Shown here piece after piece: positions 56,268 to 64,000 of a stretch of DNA of 64,000 nt. Below the pieces are notes generated by a model. That model worked only from the letters and a program-made list of their open reading frames with translations. It was not told the DNA's origin and did no database searches. The stretch's first letter is position 1; each line of letters opens with the position of its first letter. Made by a program: the position numbers and the translations under genes. Origin of the DNA: Patescibacteria group bacterium (lineage in GTDB: Bacteria; Patescibacteriota; Microgenomatia; Levybacterales; UBA12049); assembly GCA_038063415.1 (NCBI GenBank), contig JBBTVD010000002.1, forward strand, positions 792 through 64,791, read 5' to 3'.

Positions 56268-58490
56268 ATGCATATTTCTTTAAAAATATCCCTCTTTCTT
56301 ATTTTACTCGTCCTTTCAAACATCTATTTGTTCAAAAGTGGGTACTGGTTTGCCCAGGATACAAGCTATTGGCCCAAGAACGACCTTGAGTCGTTTACCA
56401 TGATAAGCCAACAGTTGCATGTTTTTAGTAATTTTGGCTATTATCTCGGCTTTGATCAAGGACTTTTTAATTTTACGAGGATTGGGGTGGTTGGTGCTAT
56501 TACATCTTTGCAACACCTAGTTGGTTTTGAAGGCTCACAACTGATTTTTACTCTGAGTGGGTATATCTTAACCTTCTTTTCCTTCTATCTGTTCTCTGGA
56601 ATTTTTTTCAAAAATAACAACAATAGATATCTTCTCTCGCTCCTATACACTTTTAATCCTCTCTCTTATACGCTACAAGGCTATGTCTTTTATAATGCTG
56701 CTGTACCCCTCTTTTTATATGCCTACCATCAATATTTTTATGTACAAAAAAATGTTCGAGTAGCCTTTTTGCTGTTAAGTATTTTTGCTGCATATATCTG
56801 GGTTGCCTATATTCGTTTTGTCCAAAGTAACTTTTTTGTTATTTTTCCTTATTGTCTGTACTTCTTTTTTTACTACAAGCGGCAGTTTGTCGCCAAAAAA
56901 GTAGTCGTTTTTATTGTTTCATATTTGTTGCTTTTTCTTCCCACGATCTATTCTTTTGCATCTCAGCTCTTTGAAAAGTCTCAGACAGCTTTCTTTTATG
57001 GGGAGGTATTTCGCAAGTTCGTCCCCAAAGACCATATGTATAATGCGTTCAATATATTCCAAACAATTGGGGTTACGCTCTATGAATATCCTATCTGGAC
57101 AATCATTGGGTTAGGATTTTTCCTCGCGATTCTTAGATTTCTTATTACTCTCCCCAAAGAAAAATATTCTGGTTTACTTGTACTTAACCTTGGGTTAGTT
57201 TTGTTTGGGTGTGGACTTTTTGGTCTCGCAAATCTTCTTGGAGATAAAGGATATAGTCAAGCGATTTCTTTATTCCCCTTTATTACAAATCAACCAATCT
57301 TTGCTTTATTTGTTATGTACCTTCCTCTGATTACACTTATTGGGCTTGTAACACAGGAAAGAATTCGCTCGCTTATTCTTTTTAGCTCCTTGTTTCTTAC
57401 TGCTGCAGTTTTTCCTTTTTTCAATATTTCAGCGACACAATTTAAAAATTTTGATATTGCTACTGTCCCACAACCATATCAGGAATACTTTATCAAACCA
57501 TATGCTGGAATCGCCGAATCTACGTATTATCCCTTGCAGCCCTGTTGGCAAGCGACATACATGAATCAAGCTGGTATTATCCCCATTTGTCTCAACTTTG
57601 GACTTAGATATCCCTCAGCAACGTTGGGTGATCCTCGTCTTGTAGCAGGAGAGCAGTATTCTTTGGCTCAACTTTTGGCAAAAGAGACAAAAATTCTTAA
57701 CCTAAGAGTTACGCACAATCTTAAAAATATCATTGTACCGCGTGATGCGGCAAAAGAGGATGAAAAAGAAATAGCGCAAAAAGCCAATGCGGAATTTGAA
57801 AAAAATCCATTACTTACTCGTTTATCTAATGAAAATTTCGCTCACTACTTTTTTGTAGATAAAGATCGTTACGATTTTTTATTGTATTCACCTTTAGAGA
57901 TCGTACAAAAAGACACCAGTGAATCAATTGTCGATAATAGCCTTGATGCTGCTCAACGGCCAGTAGTGGTGTCGTCGGATTCTTTATTTGCCAAAGAACA
58001 AGTGCAAAGCGTAAACGTTGCTTACAAAATTTCGTCCATGAATCCAACAAAATATTATGTACATATCTCCGCAGATAACCAGAAGCCCTTTATGCTTCAA
58101 TTAAATCAGGTATATGGTTCGTCGTGGAAATTGAAATGGGTAGATAAAGCATATTTTGATTCAAAGCAGTGTATGACCGCTTGGGAAGTTTTTCCTATGA
58201 CAAACAATCAGCGATGTCAGTACGACAGTAAGTTGTTTGAAATTGGTGATATAGAATTACTAGCTAAACCATCATTAAGAGACTCTCTTCATAGTCAAAG
58301 CAACTTTGGCAATAACTCGTGGCTGGTGAAACCCGAAGAGGTACCGATATCCATTAGAGGGCAGAAAGACCTTTATGCGGTGCTTATTATTGAAAAGCAA
58401 ATCTATTATACTATTGCGATCCTTCTTGGTATAATGACGATTGTAGTGTTATCTTTCGTGGCTTTTGCACAAGAAATAAAAAGAAAATAA
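56268..58490 (+). CDS. Large polytopic membrane protein with C-terminal soluble domain (GT-C-like)
   Basis: 740 aa. More than 12 hydrophobic helices in the first ~450 aa, then a hydrophilic domain and a final TM. Confidence 0.45.
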   Translation: MHISLKISLFLILLVLSNIYLFKSGYWFAQDTSYWPKNDLESFTMISQQLHVFSNFGYYLGFDQGLFNFTRIGVVGAITSLQHLVGFEGSQLIFTLSGYILTFFSFYLFSGIFFKNNNNRYLLSLLYTFNPLSYTLQGYVFYNAAVPLFLYAYHQYFYVQKNVRVAFLLLSIFAAYIWVAYIRFVQSNFFVIFPYCLYFFFYYKRQFVAKKVVVFIVSYLLLFLPTIYSFASQLFEKSQTAFFYGEVFRKFVPKDHMYNAFNIFQTIGVTLYEYPIWTIIGLGFFLAILRFLITLPKEKYSGLLVLNLGLVLFGCGLFGLANLLGDKGYSQAISLFPFITNQPIFALFVMYLPLITLIGLVTQERIRSLILFSSLFLTAAVFPFFNISATQFKNFDIATVPQPYQEYFIKPYAGIAESTYYPLQPCWQATYMNQAGIIPICLNFGLRYPSATLGDPRLVAGEQYSLAQLLAKETKILNLRVTHNLKNIIVPRDAAKEDEKEIAQKANAEFEKNPLLTRLSNENFAHYFFVDKDRYDFLLYSPLEIVQKDTSESIVDNSLDAAQRPVVVSSDSLFAKEQVQSVNVAYKISSMNPTKYYVHISADNQKPFMLQLNQVYGSSWKLKWVDKAYFDSKQCMTAWEVFPMTNNQRCQYDSKLFEIGDIELLAKPSLRDSLHSQSNFGNNSWLVKPEEVPISIRGQKDLYAVLIIEKQIYYTIAILLGIMTIVVLSFVAFAQEIKRK

Positions 58491-58493
58491 AAG

Positions 58494-59552
58494 ATGAAGA
58501 AGTTTTTTTCTCATAAAATAGTAAAGTGGGTACTGGTTCCTTTATTGCTCCTTCTCTTTTGGTTAGTTTTTACGCTAAAACTTATCAACGAAACTTCAGG
58601 GATTACCATGTTTGTGTATCCCTATGGTAGAAGTGATTTTACTTCCTGGAAGGATACAGAGTTATTAAAAGGACAGAAAGTGGCTGGTGAATTTCAATCC
58701 TCTGCAAATAATTTAGGTATTATTGCTGTACGTTTCAATACCTACCAGCGAATAAATAAGGATGCTTTACTTTTTAGTATAAAAGAGAAAGGCAAAGAAG
58801 AGTGGTACTATACAAATACCTACTTAGTTAACCAGTTTCAACCCGATCAATTTTTTACTTTCGGCTTCCCCATTATTGAAAAATCTGAAGGCAAAATATA
58901 CCAGTTTGTGTTGGAATCACAAAGAGGAAAGCCTAACGACGCTGTCTCACTTAGTACAATAGAACCTGCTTTTGTAACAAAACATGCTTATACAAAGCAA
59001 TCTCTTTTTTCCGATAAAGATACATTGGTAGAGTTCTTCGCTAAAAAATCAGGGAATTTATTTGCAGAAAAAGACTTTATTACCACATCCTTAAGCTATC
59101 TATTGCCACTCATCTTTTATCTTATCTGGCAGAATTTTTCTCTTTCAAGTGTTGTGTTTGCACGATCAGCAACAGCAAGAAAAGTTCAAGAAAGATTACA
59201 GAATTCTCGATCCGTTAAAAATATGGTTCGTTATTTTTATCAACTTACTATTGTGACAAAGCATATATTGATTTTACCAATACTCTTTGTTCTTTTCGAT
59301 GTATTTTTTGTTCAGAAAGTCTCTCATATTACGATACTAGCGCTTACGGTCATATGGCTCTTTATCGTAAAGAAGTTTCACCTAGAGAGTAAAGTTTCCT
59401 TTTTGGTCGCATTCTTTTTACTAGCGTTTTGTCCTATCTTACTCATTATAAATTGGATACACGTTGCAGAAAAGGCAGCAATGTGGTCATATGTCTTCTT
59501 GCTGATTGGCGTGGTTCAACAGATTTTTGCTCTAAGAATTAAAGAAGAATAA
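58494..59552 (+). CDS. Membrane protein: N-terminal TM, ~200-aa extracytoplasmic domain, C-terminal TM bundle; function unknown
   Basis: 352 aa; hydropathy pattern only. Confidence 0.4.
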   Translation: MKKFFSHKIVKWVLVPLLLLLFWLVFTLKLINETSGITMFVYPYGRSDFTSWKDTELLKGQKVAGEFQSSANNLGIIAVRFNTYQRINKDALLFSIKEKGKEEWYYTNTYLVNQFQPDQFFTFGFPIIEKSEGKIYQFVLESQRGKPNDAVSLSTIEPAFVTKHAYTKQSLFSDKDTLVEFFAKKSGNLFAEKDFITTSLSYLLPLIFYLIWQNFSLSSVVFARSATARKVQERLQNSRSVKNMVRYFYQLTIVTKHILILPILFVLFDVFFVQKVSHITILALTVIWLFIVKKFHLESKVSFLVAFFLLAFCPILLIINWIHVAEKAAMWSYVFLLIGVVQQIFALRIKEE

Positions 59553-59751
59553 GTTATTTTTTGGCATCTTGACGAAGAATAAAAATTATTTGTATTATTT
59601 AGTTACCGTATGGTTACTACTTCTCAAATAGGAAATAACTTAGGTTAACAGCAGGTACCCATACATTAAAGGTGAATTTTTCAGGCTTTTCCGATACGAC
59701 TATGACGGTTGGACATATCCGCAATCAGCGTATGAGTATCATGCGCGTATT

Positions 59752-60384
59752 TTGATTATCATGAAGAAATTTAAAATTTTTGGAAAGAGACAAGTTTTAG
59801 TAGGAAGCTTTTTAGTTGTTGCTTTGTCGTTGACCTATCTTTTTGGTGACAATTTTCTTGCACAAGCGACAAGTCCTACAAAATTAACTGGTTGTCTCAG
59901 TACTAATCCAGGCCTCTTATATAGTCTAAAATTTGGTAGTAGTCCAATTTCTCCTTGTCCTACTGGTGATCCTGAGGTATCATTAATTTCAGAAGTTAAG
60001 AGATATCAGTCTAGTGGAACAGGCATACAATATATTACTCCTGTTGATACCTGGATGGATATACCAAACGCATCAATCTCTGGCACTTTTGAAGCAGGAG
60101 AATGGAAGGCAACCTATACAGGTGTTCTGGGCGTAACAAATGGCGATGGGACTGCTATAGTTCGATTCCAAATACGACCGGAAAGTGGTAGTCCAACCAA
60201 TGTTGGCTCAATTTCTCTGTATCAGTCTTCAAGTGTTAATACCACACAAAATGTTACTCAGCCTTTTACTCTTCAATCCCTTATTACTCTTCCAGGGGGT
60301 CAAGTAAGTGTAGTTCCTCAAGTTACCAGTAATAATACGGAGTTTTATTTCCTCACTGGTTCTGTCCTCATTCTAGAAAAGTAA
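59752..60384 (+). CDS. Secreted or anchored small beta-rich protein, paralog of 46184..46561
   Basis: N-terminal signal anchor (KRQVLVGSFLVVALSLTYLF). Alignment with 46184 protein across the C-terminal 90 aa. Confidence 0.45.
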   Translation: MIIMKKFKIFGKRQVLVGSFLVVALSLTYLFGDNFLAQATSPTKLTGCLSTNPGLLYSLKFGSSPISPCPTGDPEVSLISEVKRYQSSGTGIQYITPVDTWMDIPNASISGTFEAGEWKATYTGVLGVTNGDGTAIVRFQIRPESGSPTNVGSISLYQSSSVNTTQNVTQPFTLQSLITLPGGQVSVVPQVTSNNTEFYFLTGSVLILEK

Positions 60385-60419
60385 CCTACAACTTGAGTAA
60401 AGCATGATACAATAGTAGT

Positions 60420-61361
60420 ATGCTTAGCGTTGTTGTCCCCGTTTACAATGAAGAAGAAAGTCTTGAAAAATTCTACGAAGAATTACTTCGTGTTCTTCCA
60501 GATCTTTCTAAAAAATATGAAATTATCTTTATCGATGATGGTTCGACAGATAACTCTCTCTCTATTTTAAAATCCCTTGCGAAGAAAAATGAACATGTCC
60601 GCATTTTTTCTTTCCGTCAAAATCTTGGCAAATCAGAAGCCCTAACGCTTGGTTTTATGAAGGCAAAGGGTGAGTATATTGTCACCCTTGATGCTGATTT
60701 GCAAGATAAGCCAACTGAGATTCAGAAGCTTCTTGTCCGAGCAGAAAATGGAACTGATGTTGTTTGTGGATGGAGAAAAGATCGGAAAGATAGTCAAAAT
60801 GCCGTATTATCTTCAAAATTATTTAATGCATTTGCCGGAATGTTTTGGGGATTACAACTGCATGATTACAATTGCGGATTAAAAGTCTATCGCAAGGATG
60901 CTGCAAGAAGTCTCTATCTGTATAGTGGTATGCATCGATTTATTCCGCTTCTTGCATATCAGCAAGGATTTACTGTTGAAGAAGTTGCGGTCGATCATGC
61001 AGAACGGAAGTTTGGTGAATCAAAATACGCCAGAGGAATTATCAAAATTTTCCAGAATCTTCCCGATATGTTTACGATGCTTTTTCTTGCCAAATATAGT
61101 AAGCGTCCGATGCATTTCTTTGGCGTGATAGGGGGAACACTTTTTGTTGTAGGATTTGTTATTTTTAGCTATCTTTGCATTATTTGGTTTATGGGAGAAT
61201 CAATTGGGACACGGCCATTATTAACACTCAGCATTCTATTAATTCTAAGTGGTTTGCAAACATTTCTTACCGGTTTTTTGGCAGATCTAATTATTAACAT
61301 CTCCCATAAAGAAGGAAATATAAATTCCTTCCCACTTAAGTATACAAGCGATACTCAATAA
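60420..61361 (+). CDS. GT2 polyprenyl-phosphate glycosyltransferase (GtrB/ArnC/DPM-synthase-like) with C-terminal TM helices
   Basis: LSVVVPVYNEEESLEKFYEEL...IFIDDGSTDNS...TLDADLQD motifs, plus two C-terminal hydrophobic helices typical of GtrB. Confidence 0.8.
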   Translation: MLSVVVPVYNEEESLEKFYEELLRVLPDLSKKYEIIFIDDGSTDNSLSILKSLAKKNEHVRIFSFRQNLGKSEALTLGFMKAKGEYIVTLDADLQDKPTEIQKLLVRAENGTDVVCGWRKDRKDSQNAVLSSKLFNAFAGMFWGLQLHDYNCGLKVYRKDAARSLYLYSGMHRFIPLLAYQQGFTVEEVAVDHAERKFGESKYARGIIKIFQNLPDMFTMLFLAKYSKRPMHFFGVIGGTLFVVGFVIFSYLCIIWFMGESIGTRPLLTLSILLILSGLQTFLTGFLADLIINISHKEGNINSFPLKYTSDTQ

Positions 61362-61368
61362 AAAAGGT

Positions 61369-62244
61369 ATGAGTACAAAAAATATCACATTACTTCTTAT
61401 CGTTACTGTTGCATTCTTAGGTGGTGGTATGGGAGCTATTACGAAGATTGGGTTGGCAGAAATTCCACCCTTAAGCTTTGCTTTTATTCGTTTTTTCCTT
61501 GCTTCTTTAATTATCTTACCTTTTTTTCTTATGCATCATGAGAAGAGAAGTAAACTTCGGGTAGTCCTGCCTATTTCACTTTTTGCTACAGGGAATATTA
61601 CTTTGTACACGTTGGGTGTGCAAACAACTACGGCAACGATCTCTCAGTTATTGTATTCTGCTGTACCACTTTTTGTCACTTTACTTCTTTATATCCTTTT
61701 TAGAGAAAAACTTTCAAAAAGAGAAATGCTGGGTATAGGAGTTGGATTTTTGGGAATGTGTCTGTTTATCTTGTTACCCGTTGTGCAGAGGGGCACCGAT
61801 TTTTCAGGAAGTCTTATTGGGAATGTATTGATTCTTCTGGCTGTTGCTTCTTACTCATGCTATATGGTCTATTCTCGCAAATTACTAAAAACCATTTCAC
61901 CGTTTTTTATTACCAGTGTGTTTATTTTTATTTCAACCATTATCCTTTCCCCTTTTTTTCTCTACGATATCGCTGTTGGGAATAATTGGATGTCTCAACT
62001 GAGTTTTTCAGGCTTTGGCGCGATTTTGTATGTTACATTGGTTGGCACCTTATTATTATATGTTTTGAGTCAGTATGCAATTAAGCATGGAGGATTGGTG
62101 TATGCTTCACTTACTTTCTACCTTCAACCTCTTTTCGGTTATTTATTTGGGATGTTCTTATTGGGAGAGCAACTTACCTTTGGTATTATACTTGGCGCAG
62201 CGATTATGCTAACGGGTCTCACCTTAGTGATAAAGAGTAAATAA
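61369..62244 (+). CDS. EamA/DMT-family transporter
   Basis: 291 aa, 10 TM helices, duplicated EamA-like halves. Confidence 0.7.
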   Translation: MSTKNITLLLIVTVAFLGGGMGAITKIGLAEIPPLSFAFIRFFLASLIILPFFLMHHEKRSKLRVVLPISLFATGNITLYTLGVQTTTATISQLLYSAVPLFVTLLLYILFREKLSKREMLGIGVGFLGMCLFILLPVVQRGTDFSGSLIGNVLILLAVASYSCYMVYSRKLLKTISPFFITSVFIFISTIILSPFFLYDIAVGNNWMSQLSFSGFGAILYVTLVGTLLLYVLSQYAIKHGGLVYASLTFYLQPLFGYLFGMFLLGEQLTFGIILGAAIMLTGLTLVIKSK

Positions 62245-62262
62245 TATAGTACAATAAAAGCG

Positions 62263-62835
62263 ATGAAGATTGGTATTGATATTTCACAGCTTGCTTATGA
62301 ACATACTGGAGTAGCCAATTATCTTCGTAATCTTGTTGACTCTTTAATAACTTTGGACAAAAAGAATGAGTATATTCTGTTTTATTCTTCTTTACGCAAA
62401 GATCTCCCTGAAGCAGTTTTTGACTGGAAATCCAGTCCAAACGTTACTATAAAACAGTTTAAATTTCCCCCAACGGCCCTTGATTTACTCTGGAATAAAT
62501 TACATATTGCTCCAATTGAATGGTTTGTTGGGGATATTGATCTTTTTATAACCTCGGACTGGACAGAACCGCCTACGCTTCATGCAAAGAAAGCGACGAT
62601 AGTGTATGATTTTATTATATACAAGTATCCTGAGGAAACACATAATAAAACCGAGTTTCATTTAAAAGATTTACTATTATCGCCAAATATTGTTGTTTCC
62701 CAAAAAAGGAAACTAAAATGGGTAAAAAAAGAATCAGATATGATTTTTTGCATCTCTGAATCTACGAAACGAGATGCAGAAAAAATTTTGGGAATTGAGG
62801 AACAGCGGTTGAAGGTAACCTATCCGGGTTTTTAG
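62263..62835 (+). pseudogene. N-terminal half of a GT4 glycosyltransferase (truncated duplicate of the downstream gene type)
   Basis: 190 aa ending ...LKVTYPGF at the point where full-length GT4s (62855 ORF has VTHLGI...) continue into the C-terminal Rossmann domain. Stop TAG at 62836-62838. Confidence 0.4.
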
Positions 62836-62854
62836 GTAATTAACGTCATAAATT

Positions 62855-63973
62855 ATGGTTATTGGCATAGACGCAAATGAAGCAAATGTAGCAAAAAAAG
62901 TAGGCATTAGTGAATATGCTTATCAATTATTGTTACAATTTTACCGATTACAGCCTGCTGGCATCACTTTCCACATTTATCTGAAAGAACTTCCACGAGA
63001 GGAACTGCCAACTGAGAGAAAAGGGTGGAAATATCGAGTGCTTACTCCTAAAAAACTTTGGACACAATGGCGTTTACCCCTTGATTTGTATACCCATTTT
63101 CCCAGGCCTGATGTTTTCTTCAGCATGACGCATTATGCACCTCGATTGTCCCCTGTTCCGACAGTTGTTGCTATCATGGATGTTGCCTACCATCATTTTC
63201 CTGAAGCTTTTGCAAAGAAGGATCTCTATCAACTCCAAAATTGGACCAAATATTCGGTAGAAAAAGCAAGGCGTGTTTTTGCCATTAGCCAGTCAACCAA
63301 AAATGATATAATAAAAACGTACGCCATCCCTGAAGAGAAAGTCATTGTGACACATCTTGGAATCAAGCGAACAGTATCATTAACACCACACGTATACGGT
63401 ATGAACGAATTGAAGGCTAAATACGGCATCTCAGATAACTTTGTCCTTTTTGTTGGGACACTTCAGCCTCGCAAAAATATTGCCCGTCTCATTGAAGCTT
63501 TTGCAAAAGTACCAAAAAAAGATGATTTACAACTTGTTATCGTTGGAAAGAAAGGTTGGTTATATGAAGATATTCTGGCAGCTCCACAAAAGTATGGTGT
63601 TGAAAAAGAAGTAAAATTCCTGCATTTTGTGCCTGATGATGAACTCAATATTCTCTACGCACATGCCCGTTGTTATGTCTTACCCAGCCTCTATGAAGGT
63701 TTTGGACTTCCTGTGCTTGAGGCCATGAGCCATAATTGTCCTGTTATAACAAGTAACGTTAGTAGTATGCCCGAAGCTGGTGGAGATGCTGCTTTGTATG
63801 TTGATCCAAAGGACGTTGATGATATTGCCAAAAAGATTGAGAAGCTTGTCACGGATAATGCTCTGAGAAAAACATTGATAGAAAAGGGGAGAGAACAAAT
63901 AAAGAAGTTTAGTTGGGAAAAAACAGCCAGACAAACGCTTTTTGTTCTAGAAGAAGTTGCAGGACAGAAATGA
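62855..63973 (+). CDS. GT4 glycosyltransferase (group 1)
   Basis: Complete two-domain GT4 with EGFGLPVLEAMSHNCPVITS. Confidence 0.8.
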   Translation: MVIGIDANEANVAKKVGISEYAYQLLLQFYRLQPAGITFHIYLKELPREELPTERKGWKYRVLTPKKLWTQWRLPLDLYTHFPRPDVFFSMTHYAPRLSPVPTVVAIMDVAYHHFPEAFAKKDLYQLQNWTKYSVEKARRVFAISQSTKNDIIKTYAIPEEKVIVTHLGIKRTVSLTPHVYGMNELKAKYGISDNFVLFVGTLQPRKNIARLIEAFAKVPKKDDLQLVIVGKKGWLYEDILAAPQKYGVEKEVKFLHFVPDDELNILYAHARCYVLPSLYEGFGLPVLEAMSHNCPVITSNVSSMPEAGGDAALYVDPKDVDDIAKKIEKLVTDNALRKTLIEKGREQIKKFSWEKTARQTLFVLEEVAGQK

Positions 63974-64000
63974 AGTAGCAGTTCTATCATCCTCGCGCAT

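Noticed and set aside
59553-59751. 199-bp intergenic region inspected for tRNA or small RNA; it contains a TTGACG/TATTAT promoter-like pair and a 17-codon mini-ORF
   Set aside because: No cloverleaf-compatible stem arrangement or conserved tRNA boxes were seen by eye. The mini-ORF has no support. Left as a probable promoter or leader for 59752.
1-64000. Alternative genetic code (TGA as Gly, code 25), as in some CPR lineages
   Set aside because: Many well-formed genes end at TGA (for example 1733-1735, 37410-37412, 43631-43633) with the expected protein lengths and domain ends. The standard code is retained.

Overview
This is an AT-rich bacterial chromosomal segment read under the standard genetic code; ORFs terminate at TGA with sensible lengths, so there is no evidence for TGA recoding. 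The gene content suggests a Patescibacteria/CPR-type organism. That is inference only: many paralogous GT-C membrane glycosyltransferases and CPR-style small membrane proteins, with no ribosomal or core metabolic genes to confirm. Nearly the whole 64 kb is one very large cell-envelope glycan biosynthesis and modification supercluster, mostly on the + strand with frequent 4-nt ATGA start/stop overlaps. It contains the following.
- About 12 GT2 glycosyltransferases, three of them Dol-P/Und-P-sugar synthase-like.
- About 6 GT4 glycosyltransferases.
- Two Wzx-like flippases.
- At least 11 large polytopic GT-C-like membrane proteins: four ArnT/PMT-like, two or three YfhO-like, and several unclassified.
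- Sugar-nucleotide enzymes: GalE, GDP-fucose synthase Fcl and an SDR reductase.
- Five SAM methyltransferases plus a CmcI-like O-methyltransferase.
- An SGNH/AlgJ-like hydrolase.
- A NodU/CmcH-type carbamoyltransferase followed by two small membrane proteins, one of which was missed by the ORF track.
- A GtrB-like GT2 and an EamA transporter.

Two accessory insertions interrupt the cluster.
- At about 19.4-27.2 kb there is a decayed RHS/YD-repeat locus. It holds a YD-repeat fragment, an SpvB-like plus VCBS N-terminal pseudogene, and a small YD remnant. It has been invaded by a REP-associated tyrosine transposase (RAYT) with at least six copies of a ~50-bp REP-like palindromic element (some as tandem arrays). 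Next to it is a toxin-like ORF broken by an 8-bp tandem repeat (CAGGGACA-type) whose copy number sets the reading frame.
- At about 30.9-33.2 kb there is a small toxin-antitoxin islet: an AbiEii-like nucleotidyltransferase with a mini partner, and a PIN/RHH pair, next to a C26 glutamine-amidotransferase-like hydrolase.

No rRNA, tRNA or CRISPR array was recognised. All calls are by eye from the ORF translations and the DNA; no database search was possible, so family names carry the stated confidence. Between 19441 and 19501 the printed sequence appears to differ by one base from the sequence the ORF track was computed on, and base-exact coordinates there are unreliable.
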